Below are positions 17,413 to 23,729 of a stretch of DNA of 33,941 nt, in pieces. The notes below the pieces were generated by a model. The model ran no database searches. It was not told where the DNA came from and saw only the letters and a program-made list of their open reading frames with translations. Within the stretch, counting starts at the first letter, position 1. Each line of letters begins with the position of its first letter. A program made the translations under genes and the position numbers. The DNA is from Dehalococcoidales bacterium (GTDB lineage Bacteria > Chloroflexota > Dehalococcoidia > Dehalococcoidales > UBA2162), in the NCBI GenBank assembly GCA_030648675.1, contig JAUSGV010000066.1:1-33941 (forward strand). The letters are read 5' to 3'.

Positions 17413-19137
17413 ATGAAATTATCCGGTGGTGATATCGTTTGTGAAAGTCTGGTAAAGGAAGGGGTCGAGGTAATCTTCGGCATCCAGGGCGGCTCCGTTC
17501 TGCCTTTATATGATAGGCTTCCCCGCTACCCCCAACTCCGCCATATTCTGGTTCGGCACGAACAGTGTGCCGCACACTCTGCCGACGGCTATGCCCGCGT
17601 CACCGGCAAGGTGGGCGTTTGTTTTTCCACCTCCGGCCCTGGCGCCACCAATCTGGTCACCGGCATTGCCAATGCTTATCTCGATTCCGTACCCGTCGTC
17701 GCGATAACCGGTCAGGTCGCCCGGGCTTTTTTGGGTAAGGACGCCTTCCAGGAAGTAGACATCACCGGCATCACGCTGCCGATCACCAAGCACAACTATC
17801 TGGTGCTCGAGGCCGCAGACCTGGCCAAGACCATCAAGGAAGCGTTTTACCTGGCCCGGACCGGACGTCCCGGCCCGGTACTTATCGATATTCCGCGAGA
17901 CGTCTTCATCGAAGAAGCGGAATTTCACTATCCTACCAAGGTCTACCTCCCCGGCTACAAGCCCACGACCCAGGGGCACCCGGCACAGATCAACAAGGCG
18001 GCAAAACTCATCAACGATGCCCGCAAGCCCCTGCTGATCGCCGGCCGGGGTATTTCCATATCAGGAGCGTTCGACGAGTTAAAACAGCTTGCCGAGACCG
18101 GCCAGATACCGGTAGTGTCCACTTTGCTGGGTATCGGCTGTTTCCCGGAAACTCATGCCCTCAGCTTCGGCATGATCGGCATGCACGGCACGGCCTACGC
18201 CAACATGGCGATAAATAGCGCCGACCTCATAATCGCCGTCGGCATGAGGTTCGACGACCGCGCGACCGCCAAGGTCAGCGGTTTTGCCCCTGTCGGCAAA
18301 ATCATCCACATCGATATCGACCCCGCTGAGATCGGGAAGAATGTCCGCGTTGACGTGCCCATCGTGGGCGACTGCCGCAGCGTCCTGGAAGAGTTAAACA
18401 AGCTTGTTCCTAAGATTTCACACCTGGAATGGATAAAGCAGCTCGACGAATGGCGGGAAGAGCATCCCGCTACCATCGTCCGTAACAGCAACGGGTTGCT
18501 GCCCCAGTTTGTCGTACGCCAGATATATGAAGTGACCAAAGGCGAAGCGACTATAGTCACCGGGGTGGGACAAAATCAGATGTGGGCGGCTCAACACTAC
18601 TGGTACGACCGCCCCAACAGCTTCATTTCTTCCGGGGGGCTGGGTACGATGGGTTTCGGCCTGCCCGCGGCTATCGGCGCCAAAGTCGGCACCCCGAACA
18701 TCCCGGTCTGGTGTATCGACGGCGACGGCAGTTTCCAGATGACTCTCCAGGAGCTGGCCACGATCCAGCAGGAGAAGGTAGCCGTCAAAATTGCTATCCT
18801 GGATAATGGTTTCCTGGGCATGGTGAGACAATGGCAGGAATTTTTCTACGGCAAGCGCTATGTGGCAACTCGCCTTAGCGGGCCGGACTTCGTCAAGATC
18901 GCCGAGGCTTACGGTATCCCCGGACTGAAAGTAAAACACAAGGAAGAGGTCGTCCCGGCAATTGAAAAGGCCATGGCCGAACCCGGCCCCTTCCTGATAG
19001 ATTTCATCGTGGAACCCGAAGAGAACGTCTACCCCATGGTGCCCCCGGGCGCGACGCTTGCCGAGGTCATGGAAGCACCGGGCAAGGAGACGAAGGTTCT
19101 CTCGGACTCGGCAAAACTTCCGGTAAGTAACATTTAA
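17413..19137 (+). CDS. ilvB: Acetolactate synthase (AHAS) large catalytic subunit
   Basis: 574 aa. It is a ThDP enzyme with GGLGTMGFGLPAAIGAK and DGDGSFQM motifs. It lies directly upstream of the small subunit. Confidence 0.95.
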   Translation: MKLSGGDIVCESLVKEGVEVIFGIQGGSVLPLYDRLPRYPQLRHILVRHEQCAAHSADGYARVTGKVGVCFSTSGPGATNLVTGIANAYLDSVPVVAITGQVARAFLGKDAFQEVDITGITLPITKHNYLVLEAADLAKTIKEAFYLARTGRPGPVLIDIPRDVFIEEAEFHYPTKVYLPGYKPTTQGHPAQINKAAKLINDARKPLLIAGRGISISGAFDELKQLAETGQIPVVSTLLGIGCFPETHALSFGMIGMHGTAYANMAINSADLIIAVGMRFDDRATAKVSGFAPVGKIIHIDIDPAEIGKNVRVDVPIVGDCRSVLEELNKLVPKISHLEWIKQLDEWREEHPATIVRNSNGLLPQFVVRQIYEVTKGEATIVTGVGQNQMWAAQHYWYDRPNSFISSGGLGTMGFGLPAAIGAKVGTPNIPVWCIDGDGSFQMTLQELATIQQEKVAVKIAILDNGFLGMVRQWQEFFYGKRYVATRLSGPDFVKIAEAYGIPGLKVKHKEEVVPAIEKAMAEPGPFLIDFIVEPEENVYPMVPPGATLAEVMEAPGKETKVLSDSAKLPVSNI

Positions 19138-19143
19138 CACCCT

Positions 19144-19190
19144 TGTCATTCTGACCCGATGAAAATCGGGGGAAGAATCCGGGGGTGGGG
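19144..19190. repeat. TGTCAT-hairpin repeat, copy in the ilvB-ilvN spacer
   Basis: TGTCATTCTGACCCGAT-GAAA-ATCGGGGGAAGAATCC-GGGGG. It is an imperfect hairpin with a GAAA loop, starting 7 nt after the ilvB stop. Confidence 0.65.
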
Positions 19191-19239
19191 TAAAATAGAT
19201 AAAATGCCTGATAATTTCGTAACGGATAAGAGGTAAACT

Positions 19240-19785
19240 GTGACGACGAAGCACACCCTGGTCGCTCTGGTCGAAGACAAACCGGGCGTACTTAACCGGC
19301 TGGCCAGTCTTTTCCGCCGGCGCGGCTTCAATATCAACAGCATAGCCGTCGGTCACAGCGAGACCCCGGGATTGTCTCGCGTTACCCTGGTTGTCGACGG
19401 CAGCGCCACGGTTGTAGAGCAGGTCAGGAAACAATTGGACAAGGTAATCGACATCGTCAAGGTGTCCGACCTCACTGAATCGAGTCTCGTCGCCCGCGAA
19501 CTTGCCCTCATCAAGGTAAGCACGACCGCCGCTACCCGGAGCTCCATCATGCAGATCGTCGACATCTTCCGGGCGAATATCGTCGACGTGGGTTTCGACT
19601 CGCTGACCATCGAGGTGACCGGAGATGAAGACAAAATTGATTCCCTGTATAACCTCCTTCGCGGCTACGGCATTAAAGAGCTGGCCCGCACGGGGCGTAT
19701 CGCCCTGGTCAGGGGCGGCTCCAATCCCCTGCCCGTAGAGAAAGAACCGCCGAAATCCCCACCGTCAAAAACAGAGCCTAAATAG
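19240..19785 (+). CDS. ilvN: Acetolactate synthase small regulatory subunit (ACT domain)
   Basis: 181 aa (HTLVALVEDKPGVLNRLASLFRRRGFNINSIAVG...). GTG start with AAGAGG upstream. Confidence 0.93.
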   Translation: MTTKHTLVALVEDKPGVLNRLASLFRRRGFNINSIAVGHSETPGLSRVTLVVDGSATVVEQVRKQLDKVIDIVKVSDLTESSLVARELALIKVSTTAATRSSIMQIVDIFRANIVDVGFDSLTIEVTGDEDKIDSLYNLLRGYGIKELARTGRIALVRGGSNPLPVEKEPPKSPPSKTEPK

Positions 19786-19799
19786 TCTCTGTTTTAAAC

Positions 19800-19975
19800 T
19801 CGAAGCACAAAGCACAAAATCCGAAACAATTCATAAAACACAAAATTCAAAACCATTCCGTTGAAAACCTGTCCCGCACTTGATACGGAAACGGAATTCA
19901 GGAAATTTTTTAATTTTCCAATTTTGAAATTCGAATTTGTTTCGTATTTCGATATTCGAATTTCGGATTTTCTCA
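19800..19975. repeat. AT-rich composite repeat element, copy B (MITE-like, 11-bp terminal inverted repeat, internal ATTCC..GGAAT hairpin)
   Basis: AAAATCCGAAA (19816-19826) pairs with TTTCGGATTTT (19961-19971). There is an internal hairpin ATTCCGTT (19855-19862) / AACGGAAT (19890-19897). It shares a 24-nt identity with copy A (19933-19956). Confidence 0.7.
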
Positions 19976-19990
19976 CTCACTCCCTTCTTA

Positions 19991-20019
19991 TTGATTTTAC
20001 CCTTAATCTGGCGTATCAT
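19991..20019 (+). promoter_or_regulatory. Sigma-A-type promoter of the usp gene
   Basis: TTGATT (19991-19996), a 17-nt spacer, then TATCAT (20014-20019). The ATG is 18 nt downstream, preceded by GAGGCAGG. Confidence 0.45.
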
Positions 20020-20036
20020 CAAAATCGAGGCAGGTT

Positions 20037-20975
20037 ATGTATCGAAAAATTCTCGTTCCCCTTGACGGCTCCGCAGGCGCCGAAGTAACCCTCCCTGTCG
20101 CGAAGGAACTGGCGGCTAGAATGAAGGGTGTTGAAGTCGTGCTCCTGCATATCGTTGCTCCTGAGGAGCGCGGTAAACTCGAGCCGATGCATCGGGCGTA
20201 TATCTCCGCTGCCGTTGAATCCATTCGCAGCCAAGCCCAGGAAGTACAGAAAAATACCGGCATTAAACCCGCCGCCGATTCCGTGAAAGTATCCGGTGAG
20301 ATGGTGACAGGGTATCCTGACGAAGAGATTCCGCGCTTCGCTGACGCTAAAGGCGTCGACCTCATTCTCATGTCTACTCAGGATAGTACTGGCGGAAGCC
20401 GCCGGGCGCTGGGACATGTCGCGGAAAAGCTCATGCGGCAGTCGAAAATACCGGTTTGGCTGGTAAGGGCGGGCACGAGGGACACGGTTCCTTACGACAA
20501 ATGGACTAAGAAAACCCTGCTTGTCGTTCTGGACGGATCGGAGATTGCCGAATCGGTTTTACCGCACGTCGAAACTCTCGTCCAGCAGACCGGCGAAACT
20601 GTCGAGGTAGTTTTAGTCCGGGTCTGCGAGCCGCCGCCTATGCCGTCGTACTATTCGATGGAACTCTCCGGCGTCCCCCTCAACTGGGGACAGTACGTTC
20701 AGCAGGAACTCGACCAGTGTAAACAGATCTCTAAAGCCTACCTTGACGGAGTCGAAAAACGGTTCAAGGACAAGAACATCAGCGTCCGCTCTGAGATTCT
20801 TTTAGGTAAAGCTTCGACCGAGATAATAAATTATGCGGCGAATAATCCGCAGAGCGTGATCATGATGACCACACACGGACGCGGCGGGCTGGGCCGGCTG
20901 ATTTACGGCAGCGTCGCCGAAAGCGTCCTTTTGGGTGCTTTCAACCCTATCTTCCTCGTTAGAATAACAAAATGA
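20037..20975 (+). CDS. Tandem-domain universal stress protein (UspA family)
   Basis: 312 aa with two Usp domains (ILVPLDGS..., LLVVLDGSE...). The second carries the ATP-binding G-x2-G-x9-G(S/T) motif (HGRGGLGRLIYGSVA). Confidence 0.88.
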   Translation: MYRKILVPLDGSAGAEVTLPVAKELAARMKGVEVVLLHIVAPEERGKLEPMHRAYISAAVESIRSQAQEVQKNTGIKPAADSVKVSGEMVTGYPDEEIPRFADAKGVDLILMSTQDSTGGSRRALGHVAEKLMRQSKIPVWLVRAGTRDTVPYDKWTKKTLLVVLDGSEIAESVLPHVETLVQQTGETVEVVLVRVCEPPPMPSYYSMELSGVPLNWGQYVQQELDQCKQISKAYLDGVEKRFKDKNISVRSEILLGKASTEIINYAANNPQSVIMMTTHGRGGLGRLIYGSVAESVLLGAFNPIFLVRITK

Positions 20976-21002
20976 AAATCTATGGCGGCCATCTACCGGA
21001 TA

Positions 21003-21031
21003 TTGTCATTACGGCATTCTCGGCCTATAAT
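21003..21031 (+). promoter_or_regulatory. Sigma-A-type promoter of ilvC
   Basis: TTGTCA (21003-21008), a 17-nt spacer, then TATAAT (21026-21031). AAAGGAGGG lies upstream of the TTG start at 21078. Confidence 0.6.
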
Positions 21032-21077
21032 CTTTAGACTTAGTTAAATTCAGACCACGAAAAAGGAGGGTTTTATT

Positions 21078-22079
21078 TTGGCAAAAATATATTACGACAA
21101 AGACTGTAATCTGAAGTTGCTCGACGGGAAAACGATCGCCGTCGTCGGCTACGGCAGCCAGGGCACCGCCCACTCCAATAACCTGAAAGACAGCGGCTGC
21201 AATGTGATCGTCGCGGTTCCGAAGGGTGGTAACGGTTGGATCAGAGCCAAGAAGGACGGTTTCAACGTCATGACCGTCGCCGATGCCGCTAAAGCCGCGG
21301 ACATCATTATCATGCTGGCTCCCGACCACGTACAAAAGCAGATTTACTACGAATCCGTGGAAAAAAGCCTGACCAGGGGCAAAACACTGATGTTCGCCCA
21401 CGGCTTCAATATTCACTACGGCCAGATCAAACCGCCGGAGAATATCGACGTTTCCATGATCGCCCCCAAATCCCCCGGCCCCATGGTTAGACAGCAGTAC
21501 ACCGAGGGCAAAGGTACGCCGGCCATTATCGCCGTCCACCAGAATGCCTCCGGTAAGGCGAAGGCCAACGCCCTGGCTTATGCCAAAGGCATCGGCTGCA
21601 GCCGGGCCGGCGTCATTGAAACCACCTTCGAGGAAGAGACCGAAACCGACCTCTTCGGCGAGCAGACCGTCCTCTGCGGCGGTGTCTCCGCCCTCATTAA
21701 AGCCGGTTTTGAAACACTGGTCGAAGCCGGTTATCAGCCTGAGATCGCCTACTTCGAGGTCCTGCACGAGCTGAAACTTATCGTCGACCTGATCAACCGT
21801 GGCGGGCTTACGCTGATGCGCGACTCCGTATCCGATACGGCCAAGTACGGCGATTTCACCCGCGGCCCCAGGGTAATCGATGATTCGGTTAAAGCCGAAA
21901 TGGAATGTATCCTTTCGGAGATCCAGGATGGCACTTTCGCCAAAGAATGGATACTCGAAAACCAGGCCGGACGTCCGGTCTTCAACGCCCTCAAGCGGAT
22001 GGAATCAGAGCACGAGATTGAGGAAGTGGGCGTGGAATTGCGGAAAATGATGTCCTGGTTGAATCAACCGAAAAAGTGA
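21078..22079 (+). CDS. ilvC: Ketol-acid reductoisomerase (class I)
   Basis: 333 aa ([10 protein letters not shown]...GYGSQG Rossmann motif). TTG start with a strong SD. Confidence 0.96.
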   Translation: MAKIYYDKDCNLKLLDGKTIAVVGYGSQGTAHSNNLKDSGCNVIVAVPKGGNGWIRAKKDGFNVMTVADAAKAADIIIMLAPDHVQKQIYYESVEKSLTRGKTLMFAHGFNIHYGQIKPPENIDVSMIAPKSPGPMVRQQYTEGKGTPAIIAVHQNASGKAKANALAYAKGIGCSRAGVIETTFEEETETDLFGEQTVLCGGVSALIKAGFETLVEAGYQPEIAYFEVLHELKLIVDLINRGGLTLMRDSVSDTAKYGDFTRGPRVIDDSVKAEMECILSEIQDGTFAKEWILENQAGRPVFNALKRMESEHEIEEVGVELRKMMSWLNQPKK

Positions 22080-22087
22080 CACGATAG

Positions 22088-22122
22088 TGTCATTCCAGCG
22101 AAAGCTGGAATCCAGCGGAATC
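22088..22122. repeat. TGTCAT-hairpin repeat, first of two tandem copies after ilvC
   Basis: TGTCATTCCAGC-GAAA-GCTGGAATCCAGCGGAATC. It has a perfect 8-bp stem (22092-22099 / 22104-22111) and starts 9 nt after the ilvC stop. Confidence 0.7.
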
Positions 22123-22127
22123 AACCA

Positions 22128-22188
22128 GTGTCATTCCGGATCCCGTATCGAGTACGAGACAGGCTTTGATCCGGAATCGAGCGGAATT
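22128..22188. repeat. TGTCAT-hairpin repeat, second tandem copy (long-loop variant)
   Basis: TGTCATTCCGGATC (22128-22141) ... GATCCGGAAT (22168-22177) CGAGCGGAATT. It has a 10-bp stem with a 26-nt loop. Confidence 0.65.
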
Positions 22189-22255
22189 AACAGGACTGAA
22201 ACAGTTTCGAAATACGGCCATTTTTTCTCCTGCCCGTGGTGCGGGACCCCACCCT

Positions 22256-22284
22256 TTGACACAAAATGACGTGAATTGTAATAT
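22256..22284 (+). promoter_or_regulatory. Sigma-A-type promoter of the ModE-like gene (probably gives a leaderless mRNA)
   Basis: TTGACA (22256-22261), a 17-nt spacer, then TAATAT (22279-22284). The ATG at 22294 is 9 nt after the -10 box and has no SD. Confidence 0.5.
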
Positions 22285-22293
22285 GTCAGTTAC

Positions 22294-22707
22294 ATGACTG
22301 ATCAAGAGGATGCGGAAACGAAAAACGTTCGCAAGCCTTCCCGGTTCGGACGTCATCCTGAATCCGGGTACACGGTGCATACCAGCCTATGGCTCGAAAA
22401 GGACGGCGAATTATACCTGGGCGGCGGCCGAGTTATGCTGCTGGAGCGTATCGGTCAACTCGGCTCGATAGCGGCCGCAGCCCGTTCCATGAACCTGACC
22501 TACGCCAATGCCTGGAACTGGATCAAAGCGATGAACAAATTGGCACCGTTCCCGCTGGTGGAGAAGATGGTCGGCGGTTCCGGCGGCGGTCATGCCATGC
22601 TCACCCTCGAGGGGCAAAAAGCGATCCGCCAATTCCAACTTCTCCATCACAAACAGGACCGGGCGCTGGGATTAGCTCCTGCCAAGAATCAACCCGCCCA
22701 ACCATAG
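22294..22707 (+). CDS. ModE N-terminal-domain-like winged-helix regulator (no Mop/molybdate-binding domain)
   Basis: 137 aa. GGRVMLLERIGQLGSIAAAARSMNLTYANAWNWIKAMNKLAPFPLVEKMVGGSGGGHAMLTLEG aligns by eye with the E. coli ModE N-terminal HTH (GSIS..A....SYK.AW..I..MN......V.R..GG.GGGGA.LT..G). Confidence 0.8.
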   Translation: MTDQEDAETKNVRKPSRFGRHPESGYTVHTSLWLEKDGELYLGGGRVMLLERIGQLGSIAAAARSMNLTYANAWNWIKAMNKLAPFPLVEKMVGGSGGGHAMLTLEGQKAIRQFQLLHHKQDRALGLAPAKNQPAQP

Positions 22708-22766
22708 AATAAGTTTACCGGCCAGGCTCCGTAAACCCCAAAATATAACAAACGATAAAATACCCC

Positions 22767-22795
22767 TTGACAAGACGCTATATTACGTGTAATAT
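22767..22795 (+). promoter_or_regulatory. Orphan sigma-A-type promoter with no downstream + strand ORF
   Basis: TTGACA (22767-22772), a 17-nt spacer, then TAATAT (22790-22795). The -35 box, spacer length and TGTAATAT block match the ModE-like gene's promoter. Confidence 0.5.
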
Positions 22796-22799
22796 AATA

Positions 22800-22901
22800 C
22801 TATTCCTCCGGCCATTAGAGTGCTTTACTTGAAAGACCTCCTTCAGGTAAAGCACTCCCTCGTAAATATCAGGGGTTGAGAATTATCTCAACCCCTTTTT
22901 A
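22800..22901 (+). ncRNA. Candidate small RNA of about 100 nt (promoter-to-terminator unit, non-coding)
   Basis: It runs from a predicted start near 22800 to the terminator. It contains single-stranded UUCCUCCGG (22803-22811). A 16-bp interrupted hairpin follows: outer stem GAGTGCTTTAC 22818-22828 / GTAAAGCACTC 22847-22857, and inner stem TTGAA / TTCAG. Its 8-nt apical loop reads AGACCUCC (22834-22841). No ORF is present. Confidence 0.4.
22871..22901 (+). terminator. Intrinsic terminator
   Basis: 10-bp stem GGGGTTGAGA (22872-22881) / TCTCAACCCC (22886-22895) with an ATTA loop, followed by TTTTTATTT. Confidence 0.8.
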
Positions 22902-23018
22902 TTTCCTAACTATATCTTTCGTGAAGTATAGCGTTGGCAAAGCTTGGATTCCCGGCCGCAGCTTTTCTCCAGGACCGCCGCCGCGCATTTGCAGGTTGTT
23001 GCTTCGCCAAGTAAGAAA

Positions 23019-23258
23019 CTATTTCTTCGCCGTTTTGGCTTTGGCCTTACTCGCCTTAGGCTTCATCGGCTCATCGCAGCACAGCAAGACCCTTTCTTCC
23101 CCGATCGCGACGCCGCCGACTTCCTCGACGACCACTGCCAAACCGCATACCTGGCATTCCAAAGCTTGGCCTTTGGTCACCTTTGTTCTGGCAGCCGGCT
23201 TTGCCTTTGCCGCCGATTTCTTGACCACCTTCTTTTGAGTTGCCGCTTTTTGAGCCAT
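23019..23258 (-). CDS. Desulforedoxin-like Fe(Cys)4 domain protein with Lys/Ala-rich N- and C-terminal tails
   Basis: 79 aa. AGGAGG lies 4-5 nt upstream of the ATG. The core, LECQVCGLAVVVEEVGGVAIGEERVLLCCDEPM, resembles D. gigas desulforedoxin [27 protein letters not shown] (CxxCG...CC..PM, with a 6-aa insertion). The tails are AQKAATQKKVVKKSAAKAKPAARTKVTKG and KPKASKAKAKTAKK. Confidence 0.7.
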   Translation of the reverse strand: MAQKAATQKKVVKKSAAKAKPAARTKVTKGQALECQVCGLAVVVEEVGGVAIGEERVLLCCDEPMKPKASKAKAKTAKK

Positions 23259-23279
23259 TCTTCCTCCTAAAAAGTTTTA

Positions 23280-23717
23280 TTACTTTGCGGTGCCTCCGGT
23301 TACGTACACGCCGAACACACCCATCTGGTCGTTAAAGACAACGGTACAATTATAGGAGGTATTGCCCGCCTGGATCGCCGCCAGGTCGTTGAGGGTACAG
23401 GCTTGTCCGCCGAGGGTCAGCGTCGTATTGGGTGAAATCGAGTAGGACTGCGTCCCGCCGGCAGTTTGAACGTTAATCGAGGAGTTTCCCCCGGCACTAG
23501 CCACCTTTACCCCGGCGAAAACGCCTGTGACGTTTTGATTCGCCGTAGGGGTTTTCGGTACTGTCGTCGGCTGATTGGTTTGAAGGTTGCAGCCCGCAAA
23601 AACCAGCATAACCAGCAGTATACCTGCTATACCAAAGAATTTCCTTTTCACAGCTTGGTCCGCCTTATCTTCCGGTGACCCAATTACTATGATAGTCCAA
23701 AAATCACGCGAAATCAT
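23280..23717 (-). CDS. Putative lipoprotein, Gly/Thr/Asn-rich beta-type domain with two Cys
   Basis: Signal peptide and lipobox: KRKFFGIAGILLVMLVFAG-C. The start is uncertain: ATG 23717 has no SD, and GTG 23651 would give a conventional 20-aa lipoprotein signal. I recognise no catalytic motif. Confidence 0.6.
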   Translation of the reverse strand: MISRDFWTIIVIGSPEDKADQAVKRKFFGIAGILLVMLVFAGCNLQTNQPTTVPKTPTANQNVTGVFAGVKVASAGGNSSINVQTAGGTQSYSISPNTTLTLGGQACTLNDLAAIQAGNTSYNCTVVFNDQMGVFGVYVTGGTAK

Positions 23718-23729
23718 AACAAATATGTA

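Noticed and set aside
18418-19434. Long antisense ORFs: 18418..19434(-), 338 aa; 21009..21767(-), 252 aa; 33103..33915(-), 270 aa; 3467..4144(+), 225 aa; 1128..1775(-), 215 aa; 13682..14224(-), 180 aa.
   Set aside because: Each lies fully opposite a confidently identified conserved gene (ilvB, ilvC, leuC, groEL, M16 peptidase, beta-CASP RNase). Their composition is low-complexity and Arg/Gly/Ala-rich, typical of antisense frames in GC-rich coding DNA.
22087-22269. Track ORFs that translate repeat elements: 22087..22269(+) MSFQRKLESSG..., 22090..22380(-), 19861..20088(+), 30936..31139(-) and 32536..33060(-).
   Set aside because: Their sequences are read-throughs of the hairpin or heptad repeats or of antisense mgtC. 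They have no SD and no domain signal.
22800-22860. A Moco (molybdenum cofactor) riboswitch, considered because of the neighbouring ModE-like gene and a CCTCCG string.
   Set aside because: There is no downstream + strand gene to regulate, and no complementary GGAGG/SD-sequestering arm. From memory, the overall architecture does not resemble the multi-stem Moco motif. An Infernal scan would settle it.
22876-23270. Track ORFs 22876..23238(+) and 22944..23270(+), 120 and 108 aa.
   Set aside because: They are antisense to the desulforedoxin-like gene, which has a strong AGGAGG SD and a recognisable metal motif. One of them starts inside the terminator hairpin.
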